Part shown: piece by piece, positions 45,357-55,394 of the stretch
How positions within the stretch are numbered: position 1 is the stretch's first letter
Layout: each line of letters starts with the position of its first letter
Origin: Acidobacteriota bacterium
GTDB lineage: Bacteria; Acidobacteriota; UBA6911; RPQK01; JAJDTT01
Assembly: GCA_965209055.1 (NCBI GenBank)
Contig: OZ242374.1
Coordinates: forward strand, 2,176,001-2,240,000
Direction: 5' to 3'
Length of the DNA: 64,000 bases
Made by a program: the position numbers and the translations under genes
Notes under the pieces: model-generated
Told to the model about the DNA's origin: nothing
Databases searched by the model: none
Seen by the model: the letters and a program-made list of their open reading frames with translations, nothing else

Positions 45357-47429
45357 TCAGCCTGCCGCCCCGATGGCCTGCTTCAGTTCTTCCGCCGTGA
45401 AAACCGGCCTCCGGCAGACGAAGTTCCGGCAGACGTAGGCGGCGGCCCCGCCGTCGGCGGAGGTTTTTCCCGCCAGGAGGGGGATCTGGTATCCAATGCC
45501 ATCGTCCTCGCCCGACGCGACCGCCAGGATCTTGTTGGGCAGGTACTGATCCCTCACCACCTGGACCAGCGGGGCCCGCTGTGTTTCGCTCCCGACCACG
45601 GCGATCTCGTGAACCGGGCCCAGGTAGTGGTCCAGAGCCTGTAGCCAGTAGCCGAACGCCAGTGGATGGCGTTCCAGGGCCAGGGAGACACGCCGGAGCA
45701 TGCTCTCCGCCTTCTCCAGGTAGCCGGATCGCCCCAGCAGCTTGTGGAGGCGGAGCAGGTTCAGGCAGGAGACGGCGTTCCCGCTGGGGGTGGCATTGTC
45801 CATGAACTCCTTGTGGCGAATCACCAGGCGTTCGTGGTTCCTGGAGGTGAAATGGAAGTCTCCTTGCTCAGCGTCCCAGAACAGTTCCAACTGGGCTTCC
45901 GTGACTTCGACGGCGCGGTCCACCCAGACCGGGTCGCCGGTGGCCTGGTACAGGGCCAGCCAACCCTCGACCACTTGGGCGTAGTCATCGAGATAGCCGT
46001 TGAGGCGCGCCCGGCCCATGGTCCAGCTCCGGTGTAGGCGGTCGCCGGTCCACATCTCCGAATAGAGGAACTCCCCGTTCCTCAAGCTGATTTCCAGGTA
46101 CTCGGAACTGTCGAAGGCGAAGGCGGCCTCGGCGAAAGCGGTGAGCATCATGCCGTTCCAGGAAGCCAGGACCTTGTCGTCCAATCCCGGCCGGATCCGC
46201 TTCCTCCGGATCGCGAACAGCCGCCGTCTGGCCCCCGCCAGGAGCCGGTCCAACTCTTCGGGCGCCATCCCCAGACTCTCGGCGTAGGGCTCCCGTTCCA
46301 GCCGGGGGTGCAGGATGTTGGAGCCCTCGAAGTTTCCGTGGGAGGTGACGTCGTAGTAGTCGCAGAAGATCCGCGCGGTCTTCGAATCCAGGGCGGATTC
46401 CACCTCTTCGAGGCTCCAGACGTAGAACTTCCCTTCGTGGCCTTCGCTGTCGGCGTCCTCGGCCGAGTAGAAGCCGCCTTCTTCGTTATCCCACATCTCC
46501 CGCTGAACGTAACCCAGGGTCTCGTCGACGATCTGCCGGTAGAAACGGTTGTCCGTCAGTTGCCAGGCCTCCAGGTAGACTCGCGCCAGGAGCGCGTTGT
46601 CGTAGAGCATCTTCTCGAAGTGGGGCACCAGCCAGCGGTCGTCCACCGAGTAGCGGTGGAACCCGCCGCCCAACTGGTCGTAGAGCCCGCCCCGGGCCAT
46701 CTCGCTGAGCGTCACGTCGACCATCCGAAGGGCGGACGTTCGTTCGGTTCTCCTGCAATAACGCACCAGGAACGCGAGAACCATGGAACTGGGGAACTTG
46801 GGGGCTTGCCCGAAGCCGCCCAGGCGATGGTCGAACTGCTGGTAGCAGCGATCGTGGGCCTGATCCAGGATATTCGAGTCCAGGTCGCCTGGGGCCAGTC
46901 CCCACGAGAAGGCCTCTTCCAGCCGTTGCAGCGTCCGGCTCCGCCCGGCTTCGATCTCCTGGCGGCGCTCCACGAAGGCGTCCTTCACGCCCTGGAGGAT
47001 GCGGGCGAAGCCGGGACGTCCATAGCGGTCCTCGGGAGGAAAGTAGGTTCCCCCATAGAAGGGGACCAGGTCCGGCGTCAGGAAGACCGTCAACGGCCAA
47101 CCGCCGCTCCCGGTGGTCATCTGGACGAAGCTCATGTAGATGGAGTCCACGTCGGGCCGCTCCTCCCGGTCGACCTTGATGTTGATGAATCCCTCGTTCA
47201 TCAGGGCGGCGATGCGCTCGTTCTCGAAGGATTCGTGCTCCATGACGTGGCACCAGTGACAGGAGGAGTATCCGATGCTCAGCAGAATGGGCTTGTCCTG
47301 TTCCTTCGACTTGTACAGGGCATCGTCATTCCAGGCATGCCAGTCCACCGGGTTGTAGGCGTGTTGGGTCAGATAGGGACTGGTCTCGTCAATCAGCCGG
47401 TTGGGGCGGTGAGTGCCGAATGCGGTCAT
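45357..47429 (-). CDS. Thioredoxin-domain protein YyaL/SPATA20 (DUF255)
   Basis: [47 protein letters not shown]. Confidence 0.95.
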   Translation of the reverse strand: MTAFGTHRPNRLIDETSPYLTQHAYNPVDWHAWNDDALYKSKEQDKPILLSIGYSSCHWCHVMEHESFENERIAALMNEGFINIKVDREERPDVDSIYMSFVQMTTGSGGWPLTVFLTPDLVPFYGGTYFPPEDRYGRPGFARILQGVKDAFVERRQEIEAGRSRTLQRLEEAFSWGLAPGDLDSNILDQAHDRCYQQFDHRLGGFGQAPKFPSSMVLAFLVRYCRRTERTSALRMVDVTLSEMARGGLYDQLGGGFHRYSVDDRWLVPHFEKMLYDNALLARVYLEAWQLTDNRFYRQIVDETLGYVQREMWDNEEGGFYSAEDADSEGHEGKFYVWSLEEVESALDSKTARIFCDYYDVTSHGNFEGSNILHPRLEREPYAESLGMAPEELDRLLAGARRRLFAIRRKRIRPGLDDKVLASWNGMMLTAFAEAAFAFDSSEYLEISLRNGEFLYSEMWTGDRLHRSWTMGRARLNGYLDDYAQVVEGWLALYQATGDPVWVDRAVEVTEAQLELFWDAEQGDFHFTSRNHERLVIRHKEFMDNATPSGNAVSCLNLLRLHKLLGRSGYLEKAESMLRRVSLALERHPLAFGYWLQALDHYLGPVHEIAVVGSETQRAPLVQVVRDQYLPNKILAVASGEDDGIGYQIPLLAGKTSADGGAAAYVCRNFVCRRPVFTAEELKQAIGAAG

Positions 47430-47472
47430 GTTCGAGCTCCCTTGAAAGCTGGGTCCTGCGCTTTGAATCCGT

Positions 47473-48186
47473 TCATTGGGCGCCGATCGATCCCGGGATG
47501 CCGGCGGGCGCCGAGTCCGGCCGTCTCCGGTAGACGGTGGGGTCCGCAACACCGGCGCGGGCGAAGGCGCCGGATCGCTCCATGCAGGTCCCGCACCGGC
47601 CGCAGTGCAGATCCTCACCCCGGTAGCAGCTCCAGGTCAGACCGAACGGAACGTCCAACCGGGTCCCGAGGCGGACGATGTCGACCTTGGTGAGGTGCAG
47701 GAACGGGACCGTCAGTTCGATGGGCTCGTAGTGGCAAAGGCCGGCGGTCCTGGCCAGAGCCCGGACGAATTCGGGGCGGCAGTCGGGATAGACCTCGTGG
47801 TCTCCGGCATGGGCGGCGTAGGCGACCGTGCCGCAATCGGAAGAGATGGCCCAGGCCAGGGCCACGGCCAGCATCAACATGTTGCGGTTGGGGACCACGG
47901 TGACCTTCATGCTCTCCGGATCGTACTCCCCCGACGGGATCTCGACGTCCGGGCTGGTGAGGGCGCTCCCCGCCAGGAATCCCGTGACCGCGGAAAGATC
48001 GGCGCTCTTGAAGGAAACTCCCACCCGGGCGCAGATTCCGGCGGCTGCGCCGAGTTCCTTGCGATGCCGTTGTCCGTAGTCGATGCCCAGAGCTTGGACA
48101 TGATGCCCCTGGGAGAGAAGCTGATACAGAAGCGTGGTGGAGTCCATCCCTCCCGAAAGCGTCAGAACGACTCGTTTTCGAACCAC
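47473..48186 (-). CDS. queC: 7-cyano-7-deazaguanine synthase
   Basis: SGGMDS, YGQRH, VPNRN, YPDCR, TWSCY..CGRCGTC. Confidence 0.96.
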   Translation of the reverse strand: MVRKRVVLTLSGGMDSTTLLYQLLSQGHHVQALGIDYGQRHRKELGAAAGICARVGVSFKSADLSAVTGFLAGSALTSPDVEIPSGEYDPESMKVTVVPNRNMLMLAVALAWAISSDCGTVAYAAHAGDHEVYPDCRPEFVRALARTAGLCHYEPIELTVPFLHLTKVDIVRLGTRLDVPFGLTWSCYRGEDLHCGRCGTCMERSGAFARAGVADPTVYRRRPDSAPAGIPGSIGAQ

Positions 48187-48232
48187 GGCTTCCCTTCGCT
48201 CAACCGGCCCATGCAGAGACTAGCACAGGGGG

Positions 48233-48356
48233 GGAGCGGCGGTTTCCAACCGCCGAACTCCGGTGGAGCATGGAGGAATGGGAGGCTTCCAGTCACCCAC
48301 GAAACGCGTTCGGTCAAGGCTACTCCGGAAGCCGGCGGTCAGGAAACCGCTGCTCC
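48233..48356. repeat. REP-like palindromes
   Basis: GGAGCGGCGGTTTCCAACCGCCGAAC on +, a degenerate copy at 48275-48300, and an inverted copy near 48332-48356. Confidence 0.75.
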
Positions 48357-49961
48357 TTTCCTCATGCACCGCTGGATCCAACTGACCGCGCAGCCGGCCG
48401 CCAGGCCCACGGGAAGCGATACCGGCAGGATCCACTGAAAGCTGAAGTCCACGATTCCGGTCCGTTCCGACAACGGAACCCAACCCAGGTCCAGGGTCAT
48501 CTGGTTCAGCGAACCCCAGTAGGCCACGCAGGCCGCCGCCAGAAGGGCCGACAGCGATCCTGCGATAGTTCCCGAAGCGGTGGAGAAGGGTACGAATATG
48601 GCGAGAAAGAAGAGCAGAAAGAGGGCGCCGACGTACAGGTGAAGGGTTCGTTGCGCGATTTCCACGAAGTTGCCCGGCACGTTTCCCACCAGGAACGAGG
48701 ATCCCAGGACCACGATCAGCCCGATGGCGAGAGCCAGCGCCTGCGAGAGGCGGACTCGCGCGATTTCGCTCAGTGCGCGCCGCCGGAACCGGCCGACGAA
48801 ATCGGTCACCACCACCGCCGTGAGCGAATTGACTCCGGAGTCGACGCTCGACATGGCCGCGGCGAAGAGGCCGGAAATCACGAGGCCCGATACGCCGATG
48901 GGAAGCAGGTGAACGATGTAGTAGGGAAACACCCGATCGGCATCGACGCCTGCGGGCAGGAGTTCCGGACGAGCCTCGAAGAAACCCAGCAGTGAGAAGG
49001 CCACCAGGGCCAGAATCACGTTCACCAGGATGCCGGCGAACGAATTCAGCAGAAAGGATCGCCGCGCCGCCTTGACGTCCCGAACCGACATGAAGCGTTG
49101 GACCGCCGTTTGGTCCCCTCCGGCGGTGCAGACCCACCAGAGGGTTCCCGACACGATGGACCAGAACGCCGTGACCCGGACGTTGGGGTCCAGGCTGAAC
49201 AGGGGTTGAGTGTCCCAGGAGGGGCTCCATTCGGTGGGGAACCAACCGAATCCGCCGAGGCGAACCGTCACCGTGATCACCACCAGCAGCGCCCCGCCGC
49301 ACAGGAGGCAGAACTGCAGGAAGTCGGTGATGACCACGGCCCGCAGACCGCCGAAGGACGCATAGGTGATGGCCACGGCTCCGATCACCAGCGCCACGTA
49401 GGGAAGCTTGTCCTGCTCGAGACCCAGCATCAGAAGCATGGCTTGAGCGCTCAGGTGGATGAGCAGCGACATCCAGGTCAACCGGAGCATGATGAACAGG
49501 ACGGCGCCGGTCAGGCGGACGCTCAGGCCTTTTTTCTGCTCCAGCAGTTCGTAGGCGCTGATCAGCCGAAAGCGCATGTAGGCCGGGACGATCAGGTAAC
49601 CCACGATGAGGTAGTAGAAGGGGATCGAGAGAGACGAAGTCAGGATGGCGGGCCCCTTTCCGTAGACTTCGCCCGGTGTCGCCAGGAAGGAGATGGTGCT
49701 GAAGAGGGTCACGAACATGGAGATGCCGATGAGCCCCGGGTTCATGGTCCGGTTGCCCACGAAGTACTCGTCCAGGCTCTTCTGGCGCCGCCGGTAGTAC
49801 CAGCCCAGGGAGATCATCCCCAGGGCGTAGACGGCGATGATGACTCCGTCGATCCAGTGCAAGCCGCTGCCCGCGAAGCCGGCCGCCGCCGCGCCGGCCT
49901 CGGGTTGACCCAGTACCTGCCCCATGGACAGGGTTGCCGCCGCCAGGAACCACTTCATCAT
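48339..49961 (-). CDS. Sodium:solute symporter (SSS; SiaT/NanT-like)
   Basis: EYFVGNR, STISFLATPG, SAYELLE, GGLRAVVITD, DQTAVQR, FAAAMSS; many TM helices. Confidence 0.93.
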   Translation of the reverse strand: MMKWFLAAATLSMGQVLGQPEAGAAAAGFAGSGLHWIDGVIIAVYALGMISLGWYYRRRQKSLDEYFVGNRTMNPGLIGISMFVTLFSTISFLATPGEVYGKGPAILTSSLSIPFYYLIVGYLIVPAYMRFRLISAYELLEQKKGLSVRLTGAVLFIMLRLTWMSLLIHLSAQAMLLMLGLEQDKLPYVALVIGAVAITYASFGGLRAVVITDFLQFCLLCGGALLVVITVTVRLGGFGWFPTEWSPSWDTQPLFSLDPNVRVTAFWSIVSGTLWWVCTAGGDQTAVQRFMSVRDVKAARRSFLLNSFAGILVNVILALVAFSLLGFFEARPELLPAGVDADRVFPYYIVHLLPIGVSGLVISGLFAAAMSSVDSGVNSLTAVVVTDFVGRFRRRALSEIARVRLSQALALAIGLIVVLGSSFLVGNVPGNFVEIAQRTLHLYVGALFLLFFLAIFVPFSTASGTIAGSLSALLAAACVAYWGSLNQMTLDLGWVPLSERTGIVDFSFQWILPVSLPVGLAAGCAVSWIQRCMRKGAAVS

Positions 49962-49990
49962 GCTTTGAGTAACCTGTTGAGAAATTCCGG

Positions 49991-50788
49991 CTAGTCGGCC
50001 ACCCAGTGACGGTAGAGCGGCTTGACCCGCGCCGGCAGAGACTCGTAGACGGACGCCGGAACCGGAACCTGCTCGTTTTCGTCTCCTCCCGTCTCGTCCA
50101 CCATTTGCGTGCGCTCGATCGAGCCGGGTCTCAAGATATCGATGTTGAGCCACCAGGGAGCGTAACGGACCGCCATTCCAACGCGGGGACGGCCGCTCCG
50201 ATTGGGAGCCGTCGAGTGCCAGAGCCGACTGTCGAAGATCAGCACGCTGCCGGCCCGTCCGGTGGCGTGGATCTCGGTGGGATACGCGCGGGTGGGATCG
50301 ACGCCGTTGTCGCCGGTAGGGTTGTTGGGAGACCGGTGACTTCCGGGCACGACCAGCGTGCCCCCGGTCTCTGCCGAGAAGGACGAAAGCATCCAGATGG
50401 TGGTCAGGTGGGCGACCATGTCGGGGTAGGGCGCCGGGATGTGGCCGGCGCTGTTCTGGTTGAAGGGCCAGTCGGCGTGCCAGCGGCCCCGCTCGTTCCC
50501 CGGATAGTTGATGATGGCCGTAGTGAAGGAGATCCGGACCGGCTTGCCCAGAAGGGCTTCTGCGATAGCCAGGATTCTCCGGTCCGCGAGATAGGGGCTG
50601 AATGACTGATCGAAGGCCAGAAGCCCGGTCCGGGCGCCCACGCCCTGAATCCTGACGGACCCGCCAGTGGATTCCACCGCCGACCGGACGCTCCGGCGGA
50701 TGTCGCGGACCCGGGACTCGGGGATGATCCCATCCAGGACGCACCATCCGTCCAACTTCAAGTGGTGCAATGCTTTATCCAGGTTCAT
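49991..50788 (-). CDS. Phytanoyl-CoA dioxygenase (PhyH)-family Fe/2-oxoglutarate oxygenase
   Basis: DGWCV, WHAD (HxD), GGTLVVPGSH, LWHS..NRS..R. Confidence 0.92.
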   Translation of the reverse strand: MNLDKALHHLKLDGWCVLDGIIPESRVRDIRRSVRSAVESTGGSVRIQGVGARTGLLAFDQSFSPYLADRRILAIAEALLGKPVRISFTTAIINYPGNERGRWHADWPFNQNSAGHIPAPYPDMVAHLTTIWMLSSFSAETGGTLVVPGSHRSPNNPTGDNGVDPTRAYPTEIHATGRAGSVLIFDSRLWHSTAPNRSGRPRVGMAVRYAPWWLNIDILRPGSIERTQMVDETGGDENEQVPVPASVYESLPARVKPLYRHWVAD

Positions 50789-50859
50789 AAGCCGTGTCCG
50801 CGGTTCATTTCCAGAGTCACAACCCGACAAAGATAACATGGTGGCCGTCGCTGGGAAGT

Positions 50860-50942
50860 GTAGAGGGGGGAGTGCCGTCCCCCCTACCCCCCTGTCGGCG
50901 ACAGGGATGTCGCCGCTCCCGGCGATTGGAAACCGCCGCTCC
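50860..50942 (-). repeat. REP-like doublet plus a GTAG hairpin
   Basis: Minus strand GGAGCGGCGGTTTCCAATCGCCGGGAGCGGCGACATCCCTGTCGCCGA matches 37587-37634; GTAGAGGGGGG..CCCCCCTAC hairpin. Confidence 0.85.
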
Positions 50943-50946
50943 TTGG

Positions 50947-53754
50947 TCATTGCGTCGGCACATATTGAATGTGCCGGATCCTGGGCGTGAACGAGTACAG
51001 TTCCGCCCTCTCAAGATGGAAACGCAGGCGGATGGGCCGGCCCTGGATCGGGTGGCAGTCCCGATTCCCGTTCCATTCCAGGACGTGCCGGACGCTGTCG
51101 GTGGTGAGGGGCTTGCAGTCTTCTCGGCCGAATCCCTCGATGACCCTTCCGTCCGGAGCCAGGACCTCCACCCGGATCGTCCCGCCTTCCGCGTCGGCGT
51201 TGACCTCCAACTCGTCGCCGATGAACACGAGGGGCTTGGTGGTGAGGGTTCCGGCTTTCGCAGCCTGGACTGCGACGAAGCCGTCCAGCCGCAGCGTGGC
51301 CAAGCCGACTCCGCTGGACTCCGTGTCGCCGTGGTAGCGGACTCCCCCGTGTCGGGTGGTGCTTCCCAGGTAGTAGATCCGGATCTGGTCGCCGACCGCC
51401 AGCGGCGGCTGAAAGGCGTAGACGCTGCCCCAATCCCAGTCCTGGCCATGCTCGCCGTAGGAGAGGATGGCGGATTCCCGGGCGATCCTCCGCCAGTCGC
51501 GCCCATCCTGTTCCAACTGGCCATGGGGGATGGCGCCCCGGGGTCCGACCCGGGTCCAGGTGAGGCCGTTGCGGCTGAAGGTCAACTGGGTGTCGGCCTT
51601 GTCCATCCAGAGCTTGTCCGCCGGGATGAGCGCGTCGGTCTGACCGTGGTAGGCCTCCAGCAATCCGATGTAGACCCCGTCGTAGAGCATGATCTTCATC
51701 CCGTAGTGCTGGGTTGCGAACGGCTCGTCCATCCTGGTCCGGCGGATCACAGTGAGCTTGGGAGACCAGTGAATGAAGTCCTCGCTCTGGGTTCTGGCGA
51801 TGAGCCGGATGTTGGGAGGGCCGAAGCGAAGGTAGCTCACGTAGGCGCCGGATCGCGGATCCCAGTGGACGGAGCAGATGGTGTCGCTGTGGGGAACCAC
51901 CGGGTTCAGGGGCTCCGGCGTCCAGCGGATGCCGTCGGGCGAGTAGGCGACGAAGGTGGCCCAGCCGTTGGGGACCTTGGGGTCCACGCCGCCGTACATC
52001 ATCTTGTAGCGGCGCCGGGGATCCGGATCGGCCGGGTCCTTGAAGACGGCCGGAGGATTGGCGTGGACGGGAGCGTCGGCGAGGTTGTTCCCGTCCCGGG
52101 TGTTGATGATCGGTTTGTCCCAGGCCAGTCCGTCCCGTGAGGTGGCATACCCCAGAACGCCCTCGATCTCCCAGCCGTCCGCCGTCTTCTCCTCCTTGAC
52201 GAAGTAGGGGTACCACATCTTGAAGATCCCCTCCGGCTCGTCATAGAGGACCGCGCCCCGGTTGAGCTTCTGGGTCTCCCAGGGCCGGTCGGGGACCATC
52301 AGGGGATTGCCGCGGTGCTTCACGGCCCGCTTCAGGACTCTGCGGGCTCCCTTGAGCTCCTGGATGATGTGGTCGTCGATAAACAACTCCTTGCCGCTGA
52401 CGATGACGGCGTCCCCCAGGATCGCGTCGTCCAAGTCCCGGAACGGTCCCGAAGCCGACGGCTCGGGGATGCCATCCCTCGCGGTGGTTCGTTCCCTCCG
52501 CCTCACGTCACCGGCGTCCGGCTGAGGCCCCTCGTTTCGCCACCAGCGCAGTTCCTGGCTCCCGCGCTCGGCGCAGGCGACGATGTCGAGCCTCCCGTCG
52601 CCGTTCAGGTCGGCCAGCAGCAATTGATTGGCGCTGCGCCAATCCTCCTTCAGGACCCGGGTCCGCCAGGGACGGCCTGGGAGGCCCGGGTTTTCGAACC
52701 ACGCGACACGGCCGGGAGAACGCCAGGACGTGGCCGCGGCGTCGAGGTCTCCGTCTCCATCCAAATCGCCGGCCACCACTTCGAAGGCGTCCTGAAAACC
52801 CCGGGCCAGCACGTGCTTGGGCCAGGCTCCCGCCGCTGGGTTTCCGGTGTTTTCGTACCAGGCGACCTGATGGGTGTTGGTGTCCCCGGGATCCGCGTGC
52901 ATGCCCAGGGCCATGACAATGTCCATGTCGCCGTCGCGGTCCATGTCCACCGGCTGTCCGTGGGTCGGGTAAGGCGTCTCGGCGTCCACGGAATGACGCT
53001 TCCACGACACGTTTCCGCGGTCCCGGCCTCTCTGGTTCTCGTACCAGACCACCAGGTCCGCCTCATGAACCGTGGCCAGCAGGTCCTGGTCGCCGTCTCC
53101 GTCGAAGTCGGCGGCCCGGATGGTCAGGGTCTGGGCGGGGCCGTTGTCCCGTGCGCGAAGATCGTCCTCGATGCGGTGCCGCGGCCAGCCGCCGGTTCCG
53201 GGCCATCCCCGGTTCTCGAACCAGAAGAAGTGACTCCCCTTCCAGGCCGATGCGGCGGCATCCATGTCTCCGTCCCCGTCCAGATCGGCCAGCTCCACGT
53301 CGTAGGCGTAGGGCATGGCGCGGGTGATCACGAGACGCTGCCACAGCCGGCCGTCCCCCGGGTTCCCGCCATTGCGAAACCAGAGCAGGTTGCCATGGAG
53401 GTTCTTGACCGCCACCACGTCCAGGTTGCCGTCACCGTCCACGTCACCGATGGCGTGGCGCTCCAGGCGTTCGGGGTCGTCTCTGGCGATGAAATGCCGC
53501 CGGAAGTTTCCGGAGCCGTCGTTCTCCAGCCAGTAGAGGGAATCGTGTCCGAAGGCGTCGGAGCTGGTCAGGTCCAGGTCGCCGTCGCCGTCCAGGTCCG
53601 CCGCCGCCACGCCGAAGGCATAGGTGTAGTCGTCGAGGATCAGGTGCTCGGAGAACCTGGTGGCGTGTCCCGGCAGGGAAGAGCCGGGAACCAGGATGGC
53701 CAGGATGAAGAGAATCGGAAGTCGGGTGGGACCGGCCGGAAAGGCGAGACTCAT
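50947..53754 (-). CDS. FG-GAP/VCBS-repeat domain fused to a GH32/43-like beta-propeller (paralogue 4)
   Basis: Seven DxDGDGDxD-type repeats, then ELFIDD, YATSRDG.W, SPDGIRW, LRLDGFV..LYSF; ATGA overlap with the upstream gene. Confidence 0.88.
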   Translation of the reverse strand: MSLAFPAGPTRLPILFILAILVPGSSLPGHATRFSEHLILDDYTYAFGVAAADLDGDGDLDLTSSDAFGHDSLYWLENDGSGNFRRHFIARDDPERLERHAIGDVDGDGNLDVVAVKNLHGNLLWFRNGGNPGDGRLWQRLVITRAMPYAYDVELADLDGDGDMDAAASAWKGSHFFWFENRGWPGTGGWPRHRIEDDLRARDNGPAQTLTIRAADFDGDGDQDLLATVHEADLVVWYENQRGRDRGNVSWKRHSVDAETPYPTHGQPVDMDRDGDMDIVMALGMHADPGDTNTHQVAWYENTGNPAAGAWPKHVLARGFQDAFEVVAGDLDGDGDLDAAATSWRSPGRVAWFENPGLPGRPWRTRVLKEDWRSANQLLLADLNGDGRLDIVACAERGSQELRWWRNEGPQPDAGDVRRRERTTARDGIPEPSASGPFRDLDDAILGDAVIVSGKELFIDDHIIQELKGARRVLKRAVKHRGNPLMVPDRPWETQKLNRGAVLYDEPEGIFKMWYPYFVKEEKTADGWEIEGVLGYATSRDGLAWDKPIINTRDGNNLADAPVHANPPAVFKDPADPDPRRRYKMMYGGVDPKVPNGWATFVAYSPDGIRWTPEPLNPVVPHSDTICSVHWDPRSGAYVSYLRFGPPNIRLIARTQSEDFIHWSPKLTVIRRTRMDEPFATQHYGMKIMLYDGVYIGLLEAYHGQTDALIPADKLWMDKADTQLTFSRNGLTWTRVGPRGAIPHGQLEQDGRDWRRIARESAILSYGEHGQDWDWGSVYAFQPPLAVGDQIRIYYLGSTTRHGGVRYHGDTESSGVGLATLRLDGFVAVQAAKAGTLTTKPLVFIGDELEVNADAEGGTIRVEVLAPDGRVIEGFGREDCKPLTTDSVRHVLEWNGNRDCHPIQGRPIRLRFHLERAELYSFTPRIRHIQYVPTQ

Positions 53755-55013
53755 CGGGAGCCGCTTGCCTGGGAGCGTCCCGGCGGCCCCAGGTTTCGCC
53801 ACCAGCGCAGTTCCTGGGTGCCCTTTTCGGCACACGCCGCGATGTCCAGTCGGCCGTTGCCGTCCAGGTCCGCGATCAGGATCTGATTGGCGCTCCGCCA
53901 GTTCTCCTTCAATAGATGCAGGGTCCAAGGCTCGCCTTGGCGGCCGTGATTCCGGAACCACGCCACCCGGCCCGGGGTCCGCCACGAAGTGGCAGCCGCG
54001 TCCAGGTCGCCGTCGCCGTCCAGGTCCCCCGCCACCACCTCGAAGGCGTCCTGAAATCCGTCCCGGATCAGGTGCTTGGGCCAGGCGCCCGCAGCCGGAG
54101 TCCCGTTGTTCTCGTACCACGCGATCTGGTGAGTGGTCCTGTCCCCGGGCTTCCCGTGCATGCCCATGGCCATCAGGATGTCCAGGTCGCCGTCACCGTC
54201 CATGTCCACCGGCTGTCCGTGGATGGGATTGCGGGTGCGGCCGTCCACGACGTGTTTGGTCCAGAGGACGGGGGTCGGCTGCAAGCGCGGCCACGGCGCC
54301 TCGGTCGCCGTGGAGCGCCGGTTTTCATACCAGACGGTGAGGTCGGCCCCGGGCGCGGTGCCCAGGAGGTCCAGGTCCCCATCCCCGTCGAAGTCCCCGG
54401 CCCGCATGGCCCGGGTCCGGGAGGGTCCGTTGTCGCGGCCGCGGATATCGGCCTCGATCCGGTGCCTGGGCCAGCCTCTACGCCCCGGCCAGCCCGTATT
54501 CTCGAACCAGTAGAAGTGGGCTCCCTTCCAGCCGGAGGCGGCCGCATCCAGATCGCCGTCGCCGTCCAGGTCGCCCAGCACCACGTCGTAGGCGTAGGGC
54601 ATACCCTGGGTGAGGACGACCCTCTGCCAGAGCCGGCCATCCTGGGGCGTCCCGTTGTTCCGGAACCAGAGGAGGTCTCCGTAGAGGTTCTTGACGATGA
54701 CCACGTCCAGGTCCCCGTCACCGTCGACGTCCCCCAGGGCATGGCGTTCCAGCCGCTCGGGATCGTCTCGTTGAATGAAAAACTTCGTGAATTCTCCGGT
54801 CCCGTCGTTCTGGAACCAGTAGAGGGAATCGTGCCCGAAGGCGTCGGCGCTGGTCAGGTCCACGTCGCCGTCGCCGTCCAGGTCGCCGGCTCCGACTCCG
54901 TAGGTGTAGGTGTAGCCGTCCTGGATCAGGTGCTCCGAGAATCGTGGCGCCTGGGCCAGGAGCGGTGGTGCCAGAAAGAAGGCGGTGAAAACGAGGGCAA
55001 CAGCGCCGTTCAT
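53751..55013 (-). CDS. Secreted FG-GAP/VCBS-repeat protein
   Basis: Signal peptide, repeated DLDGDGDLD motifs, AGGAG RBS. Confidence 0.92.
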   Translation of the reverse strand: MNGAVALVFTAFFLAPPLLAQAPRFSEHLIQDGYTYTYGVGAGDLDGDGDVDLTSADAFGHDSLYWFQNDGTGEFTKFFIQRDDPERLERHALGDVDGDGDLDVVIVKNLYGDLLWFRNNGTPQDGRLWQRVVLTQGMPYAYDVVLGDLDGDGDLDAAASGWKGAHFYWFENTGWPGRRGWPRHRIEADIRGRDNGPSRTRAMRAGDFDGDGDLDLLGTAPGADLTVWYENRRSTATEAPWPRLQPTPVLWTKHVVDGRTRNPIHGQPVDMDGDGDLDILMAMGMHGKPGDRTTHQIAWYENNGTPAAGAWPKHLIRDGFQDAFEVVAGDLDGDGDLDAAATSWRTPGRVAWFRNHGRQGEPWTLHLLKENWRSANQILIADLDGNGRLDIAACAEKGTQELRWWRNLGPPGRSQASGSR

Positions 55014-55113
55014 GGTGTCTCCTTAGCCCGCAATCTGTCACAGTCGGTGTCCCATTGCAACGGGCCGAACGGTGACGCCCACAGGATTGGGAGTGACAGG
55101 TACGAAAGAAGGT

Positions 55114-55371
55114 ATGTTGCCAATCCATCACTTCACACTGATTGTCGATGGTGCCGACCTGCAGGATGATGCGGTCATCGACGCGTTGTTCGAAGCGGGG
55201 TGCGACGACGCGACGGTTGGCCGAACCGACGGAATCCAATATCTCGACTTTGACCGCGAAGCAGCCACCCGGGCCGAGGCGATCCGATCAGCAGTGACCG
55301 GTGTAGAACGTGTCGATGGTGTCCATGTCGTTCGGATTGCAACCGCCGAACCGCGACCTGCGGTTACGTGA
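55114..55371 (+). CDS. Small antitoxin-like protein, probably C-terminally truncated
   Basis: HHFTLIVDG..DALFEAGCDDA..LDFDREA..AIRSA pattern, which I recall usually being followed by an HTH that is absent here. Confidence 0.6.
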   Translation: MLPIHHFTLIVDGADLQDDAVIDALFEAGCDDATVGRTDGIQYLDFDREAATRAEAIRSAVTGVERVDGVHVVRIATAEPRPAVT

Positions 55372-55394
55372 GACTTTGTTTCGCGAAACGGGTC

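Noticed and set aside
48187-48340. preQ1 riboswitch upstream of queC, or a queC-type defence system
   Set aside because: The region is occupied by REP-like repeats with no riboswitch signature. queC looks like the ordinary enzyme, with no dpd or qat neighbours.
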